The position numbers were made by a program, and so were the translations under genes. A stretch of 64,000 nucleotides of DNA. Source: Candidatus Thorarchaeota archaeon (GTDB lineage Archaea > Asgardarchaeota > Thorarchaeia > Thorarchaeales > Thorarchaeaceae). A model generated the notes under the pieces. It ran no database searches. It saw only the letters and a program-made list of their open reading frames with translations, and had not been told where the DNA came from. Location of the stretch: NCBI GenBank assembly GCA_048882485.1, contig JBHLRP010000001.1, positions 128,001-192,000 on the forward strand. The letters are read 5' to 3'. Below, one piece after another: positions 19,186-28,683 of the stretch. How positions within the stretch are numbered: the stretch's first letter is position 1; each line of letters starts with the position of its first letter.

Positions 19186-20841
19186 AAAATCCGTTGGTTC
19201 GGTGTGATTGCTTATTTCTACCTGTTCGAGTCCGCCTTGTTGTCGCCTTCTCTCTCTGTAGTAGAAAAGTCCTAGGACCGAGATGCCGAGGGGAAGACTC
19301 CAAAACATCGCACTGACCCATTGCGGCAGATATGTAAGCAGAGGCGGAGGTCCACCTCCTCCTATGAAACCAATGAGGAAGACATACAGGAAGAGGAAAA
19401 CTACCAGTTGACTCTTGAGAAGGCCTTGAATTGAATTCTTCAAATTCAATTCTGGCCGCCGAATTCCCAGAAATGACCTTCCCTTTTTCAATGAGATTGA
19501 GAGTTCATGCAACATTGCCACTGCGAGAATATTGAGGACAGGGAAAAATCCTAGCAAAATCAATTGATAGGAAGGATAGAATGGCGTTTTTCTGAATCCA
19601 AACACGATGAAGAAATTATTCTCATAGAGGGACCAGTCGCTTGTATGACCCCCGATGATTAATTGGTGCTCGGAGTTGAATACAGCTCCACAAGGTTCCG
19701 ACATTCGCCCCAAGACGAGATAGTCAAACCATTCCAGTTCACCAGTTATCATGGTGCTAAGTATGAGAGTCTGAGGAGCTTGAGGACCTGAGAATAAAGG
19801 CGATAGCTCCTTGGTGACGGACTTTCCAGCGATCAAGCTTTTTATTCTTCCATGTCCAATGATGTTCTCACTCCCATTGAGGCTGAATCCTTCGATTGAA
19901 ATGGAGTGCCTGTCTACAACGAGGTCAAAGCAGCTAAGCTCTTCGAAGTTGTACGTATACCTTGTGACCTCATTATACCCTCTCCAAGAATCAGTTGAGG
20001 TCACAAACTCATTTTGCCCAATTTCAACTCCCGACCAGAATGGGGAATTTAAGCTCGAATTCCACTTGTAGGTTCCATTGAAATCAAATGCGGCAATAAA
20101 GCACTCAATATAGAAATCAATGAAGGGATCGTATGGTTCATCTTCTCCATAGACGCGACCCGCCACAATTATCTCATCATTGGAGCTTAACCAGAAGGTT
20201 GTTGCATCTGTTCCATTAAACTCAAAGGAACCTGCCCACTCGGTACGCCACTGTTCGGAACCTGAACTATTTAATCGGGCAATAAGAGTTCGTTGAGTTC
20301 CTTCGATAAGGCTACCAACAACATAGATGTCGTTAGTAACTGCGTCTATTTCAACCCCGAAAAAAGCACTACGTGGAGGCCACCAATACCAGTGATATTC
20401 AAGTCCAGGAAACTCAACCTCCCATATGAGCTCACCGACAGGACTCAGTTTCATGACTAATCCAGTTGAATTTGCCTGATTGAATCCAAGTATCCCGGCG
20501 AGGAGGATGTTATCATCTGAGTCGACTGCAACACTTGTCAGCATGTCAGATTGGGAGCTGTTCCACACCATAGCCCACACTTCTTCGCCAATTGGTGAAA
20601 CTTTCAAGGCATAGAACTTGGACATCGAGAATTGTTCCCGCTCCATTCGTCCCCCGACTATTATCACATTCCCATGGCTATCCACAACCATATCCCTCGA
20701 AATGTCATTGTATCCAGACCTAAAGACAACTTCTCTATCACTTCTCCGAGGTGCAAATAGTAAAGGGAAGTCCAGAACAAGAAGGGTACTGCCTATGAAT
20801 AAGAAGAGTAGGAGGAATACGTATCCGGTAGCCTTCTCCAT
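19174..20841 (-). CDS. Membrane protein with an extracytoplasmic beta-propeller (SBBP-like repeats) and 3 C-terminal TMs
   Basis: Repeats VDSHGNVIIVG, VDSDDNILLAG, IDAVTNDIYVVG and K/RLSxxGxxxW; N-terminal TM. Confidence 0.7.
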   Translation of the reverse strand: MEKATGYVFLLLFLFIGSTLLVLDFPLLFAPRRSDREVVFRSGYNDISRDMVVDSHGNVIIVGGRMEREQFSMSKFYALKVSPIGEEVWAMVWNSSQSDMLTSVAVDSDDNILLAGILGFNQANSTGLVMKLSPVGELIWEVEFPGLEYHWYWWPPRSAFFGVEIDAVTNDIYVVGSLIEGTQRTLIARLNSSGSEQWRTEWAGSFEFNGTDATTFWLSSNDEIIVAGRVYGEDEPYDPFIDFYIECFIAAFDFNGTYKWNSSLNSPFWSGVEIGQNEFVTSTDSWRGYNEVTRYTYNFEELSCFDLVVDRHSISIEGFSLNGSENIIGHGRIKSLIAGKSVTKELSPLFSGPQAPQTLILSTMITGELEWFDYLVLGRMSEPCGAVFNSEHQLIIGGHTSDWSLYENNFFIVFGFRKTPFYPSYQLILLGFFPVLNILAVAMLHELSISLKKGRSFLGIRRPELNLKNSIQGLLKSQLVVFLFLYVFLIGFIGGGGPPPLLTYLPQWVSAMFWSLPLGISVLGLFYYRERRRQQGGLEQVEISNHTEPTDFEES

Positions 20842-20937
20842 TTTTGCCCCTAGATATTTTCAAGAATCTGCTAATAAAACCGCTTGTGCATAATTGGACA
20901 TGTAGGGGCTTCCTGATCATCCTTGGTCTGGTTGGAT

Positions 20938-22044
20938 TCAGATGACCTCAGGTCCAATAAGGTCAACTAAATGCTGCAGGTCCTCTTCAGTCTTGATAAA
21001 AACCCCCGTGTTCCCAATTCGCAAGTTCTCAAGACCTTCTTCCCGCATAGCAATGTAACTATCTGCCATCTCTTGTGCGGTGGGTGCTCGATATTCTGGT
21101 GATTGAAGCTTGTAGCACGGGAAGAATGCTAGGAGCGTCATAGGAATCTTGGAATCAATCTCTGCTACAAGGTTTGCGATTTTCACATGTTCATCTGTTT
21201 CTACAAAGCCAGGTATGTAGAGAGTCAGTATCTCAAGAGCAAAACCATGATTCACAATCTCCTCAATGCATGATAGTATATTCGCATTAGTTGTTCCACA
21301 GAGCTTCCGATAGACTTCTTCAGAATAAGCTTTGATATCTAACCAATAGGCATCAATCCCTCCCTCAGCGAAGGCTTCAAGATTTTTTGGAGTGAGTCCA
21401 TATCCATTGGTTTCAAGCAGCACCCAGAGATCATTAGCTGCAGCCTTGATTTTTTGAGTTGCGTCGATGTAGAACTCAGGCTTGCAGAGGATGTCACCCC
21501 CTGTGAATGCCACAATATTCCTAGCAGGGCCGAAACCTTGAGGGCTTAACACTACTTGGTCAGGTCTTAGCTTTGCTGGACACCCTTCGGGACGTGTTCC
21601 GTACATTACACACGAGCCACAATGTTTACAGAGTCTGTGGGCATGCCAGCTGGTTGCTGCGTCTCTGGGCTCAAAAACCGTGACATCTTCACGGTATGCT
21701 TTTGCAGCATCTGCGATTTCTTCGGTGGACAACCAATTCCCTGTTGCTTTTTTGCTGAACTCGTGGGAGTGACATTTGAGGCAAGTATGATTGCAGCCAC
21801 TCTGGTATATAGAGAGATAGTCTTCCGGACGCGAAAGATGAAGGGATTTGATTAGACGTTCATATCCTGATTCTTGACTCCTACGCAATGTAGCAGAACA
21901 GGCTGGCCTTTGTTCGCCTTCAGACACTTCAACAAGACAGGACCCTCTTGGATAGTTCTGTTCACGCATCTCGCAGGGTGCAGAGTCAGAGTTCAAAATA
22001 CTCTCCGTTCTATCATGGCAAGGCTCTCCAATAAACATCTCCAT
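20938..22044 (-). CDS. Radical SAM protein (PflA-activase-like) with an extra Cys cluster
   Basis: GCNHTCLKCHS (CxxxCxxC), AFTGGD, ETNG and WLDIKA motifs; inserted CKHCGSC...CP. Confidence 0.88.
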   Translation of the reverse strand: MEMFIGEPCHDRTESILNSDSAPCEMREQNYPRGSCLVEVSEGEQRPACSATLRRSQESGYERLIKSLHLSRPEDYLSIYQSGCNHTCLKCHSHEFSKKATGNWLSTEEIADAAKAYREDVTVFEPRDAATSWHAHRLCKHCGSCVMYGTRPEGCPAKLRPDQVVLSPQGFGPARNIVAFTGGDILCKPEFYIDATQKIKAAANDLWVLLETNGYGLTPKNLEAFAEGGIDAYWLDIKAYSEEVYRKLCGTTNANILSCIEEIVNHGFALEILTLYIPGFVETDEHVKIANLVAEIDSKIPMTLLAFFPCYKLQSPEYRAPTAQEMADSYIAMREEGLENLRIGNTGVFIKTEEDLQHLVDLIGPEVI

Positions 22045-22089
22045 TGAGTGGAACTGGAAGATTATGTGTCTAAGTGAGGAAAGAGAATG

Positions 22090-22118
22090 AGGACTGGAGC
22101 GATTGTAGCTCCAATCCT
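22090..22118 (-). terminator. Hairpin downstream of the small membrane-protein gene
   Basis: AGGACTGGAGC / GCTCCAATCCT stem; on the minus strand it is followed by a pyrimidine-rich run. Confidence 0.45.
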
Positions 22119-22126
22119 AACACTAT

Positions 22127-22495
22127 CTATCTAAAGACAGCTCTGATCCCAGGTGCGTTCAGATAGACAATGATAATGATGTTTATGATCAATCCTATCC
22201 AAGTAGTGCTGTATAGGTTGAGGATTGCTCCTATGATGTTCACGATCATAGCCCACATCCAAGCCCAGCTCTTCATATTCCACAGACCTAATCCTACCCA
22301 AAGAAAGAATATGCCGAGTAGAACCATAATGGCTCCAACGAGAGCACCCCAGAAAGGGATAACGAAGAATAGTGTTCCTCCCCCAATTAGAGCAAGCGCT
22401 CCAAGGATTTGAAGTATGGCTATTATCATAACACCTAAGGGTCGCTCCCCACTGGGTGGTGTGAGAGCATCTCCTGGCATTGGAATTTCAGTCAT
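22127..22495 (-). CDS. Small 4-TM membrane protein
   Basis: RPLGVMIIAIL and GLWNMKSWAW motifs. Start moved to ATG 22495 (TGGTGGA SD); the ORF track extends to 22600. Confidence 0.75.
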   Translation of the reverse strand: MTEIPMPGDALTPPSGERPLGVMIIAILQILGALALIGGGTLFFVIPFWGALVGAIMVLLGIFFLWVGLGLWNMKSWAWMWAMIVNIIGAILNLYSTTWIGLIINIIIIVYLNAPGIRAVFR

Positions 22496-22667
22496 GTTTT
22501 TCCACCATAGTACCAAATGATTTGGGATTTCCAAAGCCATCATCATTAATAATGCCGTGTATGATGTATTCGATTGCAGTTGGAAAAACAATATCCTCAA
22601 TCATCAATGTTGACGAGTAGAAAGGATATAATAGCTCGATTAGTGTTGGAATTGACGGGTAGACCTC

Positions 22668-23411
22668 ATGGACCTACTGTATCTTATTCCCGGAGATGGA
22701 ATGCCCAAGGATGAGCTAGAGCGTCGAGCCAAGGTTGGCAATTCAATAATCCGTTCTGGTTCAAGGTTTCATGCTGAAGAAGTTGGTGAAGGTCCACTCT
22801 CGATTGAGTCTTCGATTGAGGAGTACATGTCAATCGGTCCTATGCTAGAGAGACTTCTCCAGATTCGAGAAGAAGAAAAGTTTGATGCAATCATAATCGG
22901 GTGTGCAGGAGACCCCGGCCTTGTTGCCGCGCGAGAGATGATGGACATACCAATAATCGGTCCAGCTGAATCATCATACCATCTGGCTTGCATGATTGCT
23001 GATAGGTTCAGCGTTCTTACTCCACTACAGGCAGGAATCGAATCAGAAGACAGTGTGAGAGTCCGCATAAGGGAGATGGGATTAGAGAGTAGACTTGCAT
23101 CAGTTGAATTCGTTGAGATGCCAATTGCTCAAATGTGGGGCTCTAAGGGCGATGGGGTTGTTAAAGAGATGTCAATGGGAGTTGAAAAAGCCAAGGCAAA
23201 AGGCGCAGGCTGTCTGGTACTGGGATGCATGTCAATGGCTTTCAAGATGGCCGATGAGGCTATTCAGGAGCCAATGATTCCAATTGTGAATCCTCTAAAG
23301 GCCGCCATCAAGACTGCTGAGATGTTTGTGGACTTGAATCTGAAACACAGTCGTCTCACATATCCTGCCGCTGACTTCGACAAACTCATGGATACAGTAT
23401 TCAAGCAATGA
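22668..23411 (+). CDS. Asp/Glu/hydantoin racemase family protein
   Basis: GPLSIES, IIGCAGDPGL and VLGCMSM motifs (two catalytic Cys). Confidence 0.9.
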   Translation: MDLLYLIPGDGMPKDELERRAKVGNSIIRSGSRFHAEEVGEGPLSIESSIEEYMSIGPMLERLLQIREEEKFDAIIIGCAGDPGLVAAREMMDIPIIGPAESSYHLACMIADRFSVLTPLQAGIESEDSVRVRIREMGLESRLASVEFVEMPIAQMWGSKGDGVVKEMSMGVEKAKAKGAGCLVLGCMSMAFKMADEAIQEPMIPIVNPLKAAIKTAEMFVDLNLKHSRLTYPAADFDKLMDTVFKQ

Positions 23412-24658
23412 TGATTGGAGGAACAGAAATGGGTAAAGACAAGAAATACGACGGATACAAGCCATATCAATACCTCACGCCAGGAGTTGACTATCGAGAG
23501 TTCAAATGGCGGGAGCCTGTGAAGAAGGACTGGGCTTACAAGGTGCCGCTCTCGAAGACTGAAGAGGAGCGCGTGCAAGAGATTCTTGAGAACAATGTTG
23601 TAATAGATCTTCATGAGCATCCAGTCTTGTACCCTGCAGACTCAAAGGACTCTCTATTGGTTAATCGCGAGGGTAGGGACAGCCTGGCATATGAGGCTCT
23701 TGGCAAAACAAACCTCGATGCAGTCTTTGACAATCTGATGGATGGCTCGGTCAATATAACCTCAAAGCATGGATGGAAATGGACCGACACCATTCATGAT
23801 CTTGGACAACGTCTTTGCGATATCGCACACCAAGATTATGTCATCCACTGCCGGAGAGTAGAAGATATCGTCACAGCATTTGAAACCGGAAAACTCGCTT
23901 GGGTTGCAGTGCTCGAGTCTTCCACATGCATTGAGAACGAAGTTGACAGGATTGATGTTCTCTACGGTCTTGGAATCAGATCAATGGGATTGGTCTATAG
24001 TGAAACGAATCAACTTGGGACAGGACTTGATGAGATGCGTGACGGCGGACTGACTGACTTTGGCTATGATGCAGTCATTCGGATGAACAAGGTTGGAATG
24101 TTGGTTGATGTAAGTCATGTCAGCGACCAGACGGCTCTAGATACAATCGAGTGCGCGAAGAAGCCACCAATTATCTCTCATGCTGGATCAAAAAATGTAC
24201 ACACAATCAAGAGAATGGTTCCTGATGAAGTCCTGAAGGCATTAGCCGAGAAGGGTGGTGTGATTGGAATCGAGGCTGCACCTGGATACACTGCAACCAA
24301 TGAGAACAAGACTCCATCAATCGACACCTATGGAAAACACCTAGAGTATTGTATCGAGCTAATGGGAATAGATCATGTCGGATGTGGTCCGGATACACTT
24401 TACGGTGACCACGTTGGCCTGTACAAGGTATACGATGAAATCCTGTCAACAGCCGGCATGGGACACTATCCACGTCCAGGGCAAACACCCGACCTAGATG
24501 AGAGCAAGCTACCCGACTACGTCAAGGGTGTTGAGAATCCCAGTGAAGCGATACATAATGTCGCCCGATGGATGGTGAAGAATGGATATTCGGATGAAGA
24601 GATCATCAAGGTAATTGGTGGAAACGCACTGGCAATGCTGAAGCAAGTCTGGCGATAG
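23408..24658 (+). CDS. Dipeptidase, peptidase family M19 (renal dipeptidase-like)
   Basis: IDLHEH, DGGLTDFG, MLVDVSH, IISHA, GIDHVGCGPD and KVIGGNAL motifs. Alternative start ATG 23429. Confidence 0.9.
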   Translation: MMIGGTEMGKDKKYDGYKPYQYLTPGVDYREFKWREPVKKDWAYKVPLSKTEEERVQEILENNVVIDLHEHPVLYPADSKDSLLVNREGRDSLAYEALGKTNLDAVFDNLMDGSVNITSKHGWKWTDTIHDLGQRLCDIAHQDYVIHCRRVEDIVTAFETGKLAWVAVLESSTCIENEVDRIDVLYGLGIRSMGLVYSETNQLGTGLDEMRDGGLTDFGYDAVIRMNKVGMLVDVSHVSDQTALDTIECAKKPPIISHAGSKNVHTIKRMVPDEVLKALAEKGGVIGIEAAPGYTATNENKTPSIDTYGKHLEYCIELMGIDHVGCGPDTLYGDHVGLYKVYDEILSTAGMGHYPRPGQTPDLDESKLPDYVKGVENPSEAIHNVARWMVKNGYSDEEIIKVIGGNALAMLKQVWR

Positions 24659-25462
24659 TCAGTTTTCCTGGTGCTCAAATAGCATTACTCGAATACGAGA
24701 CCAATAGGCCATGCCATGAGCTTCAATGCGATCTTCAAACTCTGACCAAAGGTCATCAAAGCTCCGAGCTGAAACGCCAAACTCGGAGAAGATTGTAGGA
24801 GCAACATTACAGGCAAACTTCAGTTCTTCCCTTGCCTGAGCTGCTGTCATCTTCTTTGGATAGATGAATTGCTTCTCCTCGAGCAGACGCAATCCGAGCG
24901 ACTCAATCTCTCCCTGATACCATTCTCTGGTCCCAAAAATGGGATTCAATCCTGTAGCAGCCCAAACAGCTTGCGCAATTTTCTCTTCGGGAAGGTCTCC
25001 ATATTCAACCAAACTGATCTGGAGAAGTCCTTTCTCATCAAGAACCCGCACCATCTCAGAGAGAGCAATCTGGACTCCCACAATTCCTCTTGTCATATGG
25101 ATGTCTTCCAAACCTAGGAAATTAATGACTAAGTCAAAGGCACCATCAGAGAATGGAATCATCAGTGCATCAGAAGCGATGTATTCAACATGTGTCCAAA
25201 TCCTCTGGGGATATGTGTCAGATTTCCTCAGCGTAACATATGAATCGACATCATTTCTCAAGCCCAAAGCTATGAACCTGCTTGTAGGGAGTAGATGCGC
25301 AAACTCTGCAGTCAGATAGCCATGACCTGCTGGGACATCTAGAATTAGATTTGCTCTATCTTTGCTTGAGGAATGAACTAGTTCAGCAATTCCTTTGCGC
25401 ATCTTGCCGAATTCATGAAATGCTGCTGCATACTCAAGGTCAGTAAGAAACTTGAATGACAA
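24659..25462 (-). CDS. Class I SAM-dependent methyltransferase
   Basis: ILDVPAGHG, DALMIPFSDGAFDLV and EMVRVL motifs. Confidence 0.82.
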   Translation of the reverse strand: MSFKFLTDLEYAAAFHEFGKMRKGIAELVHSSSKDRANLILDVPAGHGYLTAEFAHLLPTSRFIALGLRNDVDSYVTLRKSDTYPQRIWTHVEYIASDALMIPFSDGAFDLVINFLGLEDIHMTRGIVGVQIALSEMVRVLDEKGLLQISLVEYGDLPEEKIAQAVWAATGLNPIFGTREWYQGEIESLGLRLLEEKQFIYPKKMTAAQAREELKFACNVAPTIFSEFGVSARSFDDLWSEFEDRIEAHGMAYWSRIRVMLFEHQEN

Positions 25463-25586
25463 TGCTTCCTACACCGCCATTGGCCTGACATGCATTTCCC
25501 ACGACCTAGGCAAATAGAGAATAGCTACTAGAAAAACGCCTAGGTTTCACAATGCAAGCCAGTCAGCTATCATATGAGTCAGATTT

Positions 25587-25814
25587 CTAGGTCCGCACTG
25601 CTATGCAAGTCTCAGTACGAATGATTCCTGGAATAGCATGAACATTGTCCATGACAGCTCGAAGATTTTCCACAGGCATGTCAAGGCGGACTATGATGTC
25701 GTAGGGTCCAGTGACGACATGAACTGATTCAACATGGTCTACCTTCTCGAGAGCTTCTGATACAGCCCACATCTGTCCCGATTCCGCTTGAATCAGAATA
25801 TGTACGGATGCCAT
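25587..25814 (-). CDS. Lrp/AsnC ligand-binding domain protein (stand-alone, 75 aa)
   Basis: From ATG 25814: MASVHILI...VHVVTGPYDIIV...IPGIIRTETCI. The upstream extension in the ORF track overlaps the next gene and is spurious. Confidence 0.88.
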   Translation of the reverse strand: MASVHILIQAESGQMWAVSEALEKVDHVESVHVVTGPYDIIVRLDMPVENLRAVMDNVHAIPGIIRTETCIAVRT

Positions 25815-25890
25815 AAACTTGACCTCGATTCTACATTTAGCTTGTCCGATATAAGTGCGTCCCATTCCGTTAAGTTTGACTGTTTCATCA

Positions 25891-28485
25891 TCAGCCGCGG
25901 CCCAAATCGCGCAGAAGACCCACAACTCGAGTCTTTGTGGTATTCCGGATGGCGTAATAGGAAGCGGCGATTGAACCCACCAGGGAGAAGACGATGAGAA
26001 ACGCAATTCCCGGATTTACGAGATGTACCGCACCGCCAGTGAATCGTAGTATTATATCTGATAGTGCAACTTGCACAATGAGGCCGATTGCAACACCAAC
26101 ACCAACACCTGATACCATACCACTCGCGCTCTCAGCTGTCAATGAACTGGCGATCTCTGATTGAGACATTCCGAGAGCAGATAGCATGCCAATCTCGCGC
26201 CTTCGAGTAGATGCTATTGACCAGCTACTCAAAAAGGCACTCGCCAAGGTTACGAGAAATAGCGTAGCTAGCGACGCATTAACCACCACTTGAATTGCAT
26301 TAAGTGCAGCCTCATAGTCGGCCTCCAAAGAAGATACCAGCACTGGATGCGCATTTGGTGTCATTATGATGTCGGCAATAGTGGCATCAGGATCGGATGA
26401 ATCAATCAAAACACTCCCAACCATGAATTCCTGCTCACGAACGATTTCCCATGTTTCTGCTCCCACTATCGCAAAATTAGGATTCACAATACTGACTATG
26501 AACACCGGAACTGCTGACTCGCATATCCCAGCGACCCGAACATCCTCAGCCGCTCCAATCTCAATATAATCTCCAATATCAACACTTAGAGCCTCGGCTG
26601 AATACTCAGATAGGATGCAAGTGTATGGTTCATTTATTGCAAGGAACCCCAATGATTGATTCTGTTGGCTCAACAATGAGAGCGACGCCAAGCGCGAGAA
26701 TCCTTCAGGTCGTATGCCCATAATTAGTCCAAATTCTGTTTTGACTGGACTAATTATGTCTGCAAGTCCCTGGTTCATTGCTACGGCTTCAGTGACATTC
26801 GCCATATCTTCAATATCTTCGATGAACTCGATTTGACCTGGGGGATCCATGTAAACAACAATATTGGCAGAGCTTGTTTGCCAACCAAGATTGGCGCTCC
26901 AAGATTCTGATATAGCCAACCCTACATTAGTTGAGGCAATAAAAAGCACAGTCACCGAAACAAAGAGATTGAAAATAACCAATCCACTCAGTGTGTTCCG
27001 TTTGATGTTCTTTGTTGCCATTGATTGAACTACCCGGGAGGACCGCGATACCAAAGGACGAATAACGAGTTCGGAGTTGGCGAGCTTTGGTGATAATGAA
27101 ACGACAGCCATCAGGAATGCAGGAATTGAAGCAATTCGAATGAGGTCAGATGATATCCAGTGTAATCCAAACAAATCAGAAAACATCTGTATGAATACCA
27201 ATGCAACAAGAACCACTGAGATGGATATCAAAAACCATTGAATTCGTCTGCTTGTTTTTGGAGTCATAGCACCTTTGCGTTGTGATGGTGCAATGGGGCC
27301 TGAGCCAATGCTTTCTACGACAGATCCTTTTGATGCCCTCCAAGCAGGAAGATAACCAGCTAGGAGCGTTAGGAAGATTCCAATAAGACCTGCAAGTAGC
27401 ATCAACATAGGATCAATTGCATTCACAGACGAGATGAAACTTGATGTTGGAGAGATGGCCATAATTGAGAGTAGAAGAACAGCAAACTGAATCACAACCG
27501 CACCCATTGCGAGACCAAGAATGCCGCCAAAAAAGGCACCAATGAGTCCTATTGTCCCAATTTCCGACATAAACAGCATGAGTACCTTTGCTCTTGGTGC
27601 GCCAAATGCGAGGACCACACCCGTTTCATATCTCCTCTCATTGAAGACCATGGCAAAAGCGGAAAAGACTCTGAAGATGGCAATGAAGCAGGCTGCAGCA
27701 ACTAGTGCCAACAGGATTGTCCGTGCTTGAGCGAGAAAGATACTGGCAAGCTGAAGGGGGTACATCTTGACATTTGAAACAATGAAATCCTCACCAAGGA
27801 GGTGGGATATTTGGTTCACAACATCAGGCGCTCTGAAAATGTCATCGATTTCCACAAGCAGCTTCCCAACTGAATCCTCAGGATATCTAATACGATAGAT
27901 AGAATGTGCTGTTTCCAAAGAAACAAAGATAACCGGTCCTATGACACCCTTATCGAGTGCCAAACCATAGCCGCTGACATTGAGGAATTGAGAGCCCGCT
28001 GTAGTTGAAAGCTGTAGTTCATCACCAACACCTAGGGTTAGAAGATTCACCGCTTCCCTTGTCAGGAAGCATTTGCTGTTTGAAAGATCAAGTATCCCCT
28101 TGGTTGAATTGAGGCTACCTATATGTTGCTCTTGCTGTAGGTCGAGCCCCACTAGAATCAGATAGAGGGTTTCAGTTCCGTTCTCAATCCAAACATACTC
28201 TTCAATTCTGGGAATAGTGTTTGTTACACTGGGGATACGCTCAATCTCGGCTTTCAAGTCAGCTGTAATTCGTCTGTTCCACCGTCCACCATTTGAGACC
28301 GTGATATCAATTGGTGAAAGCGTGTCTTGCAGAAAGAGATTAGCACTATTCTGGAGACTTGTACTTGCTGATAGTGCAGTGTATAGGAGACTTACTGCAA
28401 TCGCAATTGAAATAACCGTGAACATGGCAACACGCTTTCTTCGGAAGGCGTTTCTGAAGCCCATGCGTGCGATTTCTCTCATCAA
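25891..28485 (-). CDS. FtsX/MacB-like ABC transporter permease (duplicated architecture)
   Basis: Two MacB-type halves with ERRYETGVVLAFGA and RRREIGMLSALGM motifs, plus YLPAWRASK. Confidence 0.88.
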   Translation of the reverse strand: MMREIARMGFRNAFRRKRVAMFTVISIAIAVSLLYTALSASTSLQNSANLFLQDTLSPIDITVSNGGRWNRRITADLKAEIERIPSVTNTIPRIEEYVWIENGTETLYLILVGLDLQQEQHIGSLNSTKGILDLSNSKCFLTREAVNLLTLGVGDELQLSTTAGSQFLNVSGYGLALDKGVIGPVIFVSLETAHSIYRIRYPEDSVGKLLVEIDDIFRAPDVVNQISHLLGEDFIVSNVKMYPLQLASIFLAQARTILLALVAAACFIAIFRVFSAFAMVFNERRYETGVVLAFGAPRAKVLMLFMSEIGTIGLIGAFFGGILGLAMGAVVIQFAVLLLSIMAISPTSSFISSVNAIDPMLMLLAGLIGIFLTLLAGYLPAWRASKGSVVESIGSGPIAPSQRKGAMTPKTSRRIQWFLISISVVLVALVFIQMFSDLFGLHWISSDLIRIASIPAFLMAVVSLSPKLANSELVIRPLVSRSSRVVQSMATKNIKRNTLSGLVIFNLFVSVTVLFIASTNVGLAISESWSANLGWQTSSANIVVYMDPPGQIEFIEDIEDMANVTEAVAMNQGLADIISPVKTEFGLIMGIRPEGFSRLASLSLLSQQNQSLGFLAINEPYTCILSEYSAEALSVDIGDYIEIGAAEDVRVAGICESAVPVFIVSIVNPNFAIVGAETWEIVREQEFMVGSVLIDSSDPDATIADIIMTPNAHPVLVSSLEADYEAALNAIQVVVNASLATLFLVTLASAFLSSWSIASTRRREIGMLSALGMSQSEIASSLTAESASGMVSGVGVGVAIGLIVQVALSDIILRFTGGAVHLVNPGIAFLIVFSLVGSIAASYYAIRNTTKTRVVGLLRDLGRG

Positions 28486-28683
28486 TCGTGCTTCGTCTCC
28501 AATAGTTAGGCGTGAGGTGTCAGTACTACGTAATAAGAAATATGAATAGATAAAACAATTCTATTGGGCTAGTATAAGCCATCCAAATAGATCCACAATA
28601 TTAATTGGAGTTGACCAAAACTGTCGGTCAGAAGGGGCATTTATACAAAATTCATTCTACGGAGAATCGTAGATCTCCCCTAT

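Noticed and set aside
18862-19187. ORF-track entries 18862-19047 (+) and 18888-19187 (-)
   Set aside because: They are shadows of the real rubredoxin gene at 18975-19133.
25815-26006. N-terminal extension of the Lrp/AsnC ORF
   Set aside because: It overlaps the FtsX permease 3' end; the domain starts at ATG 25814.
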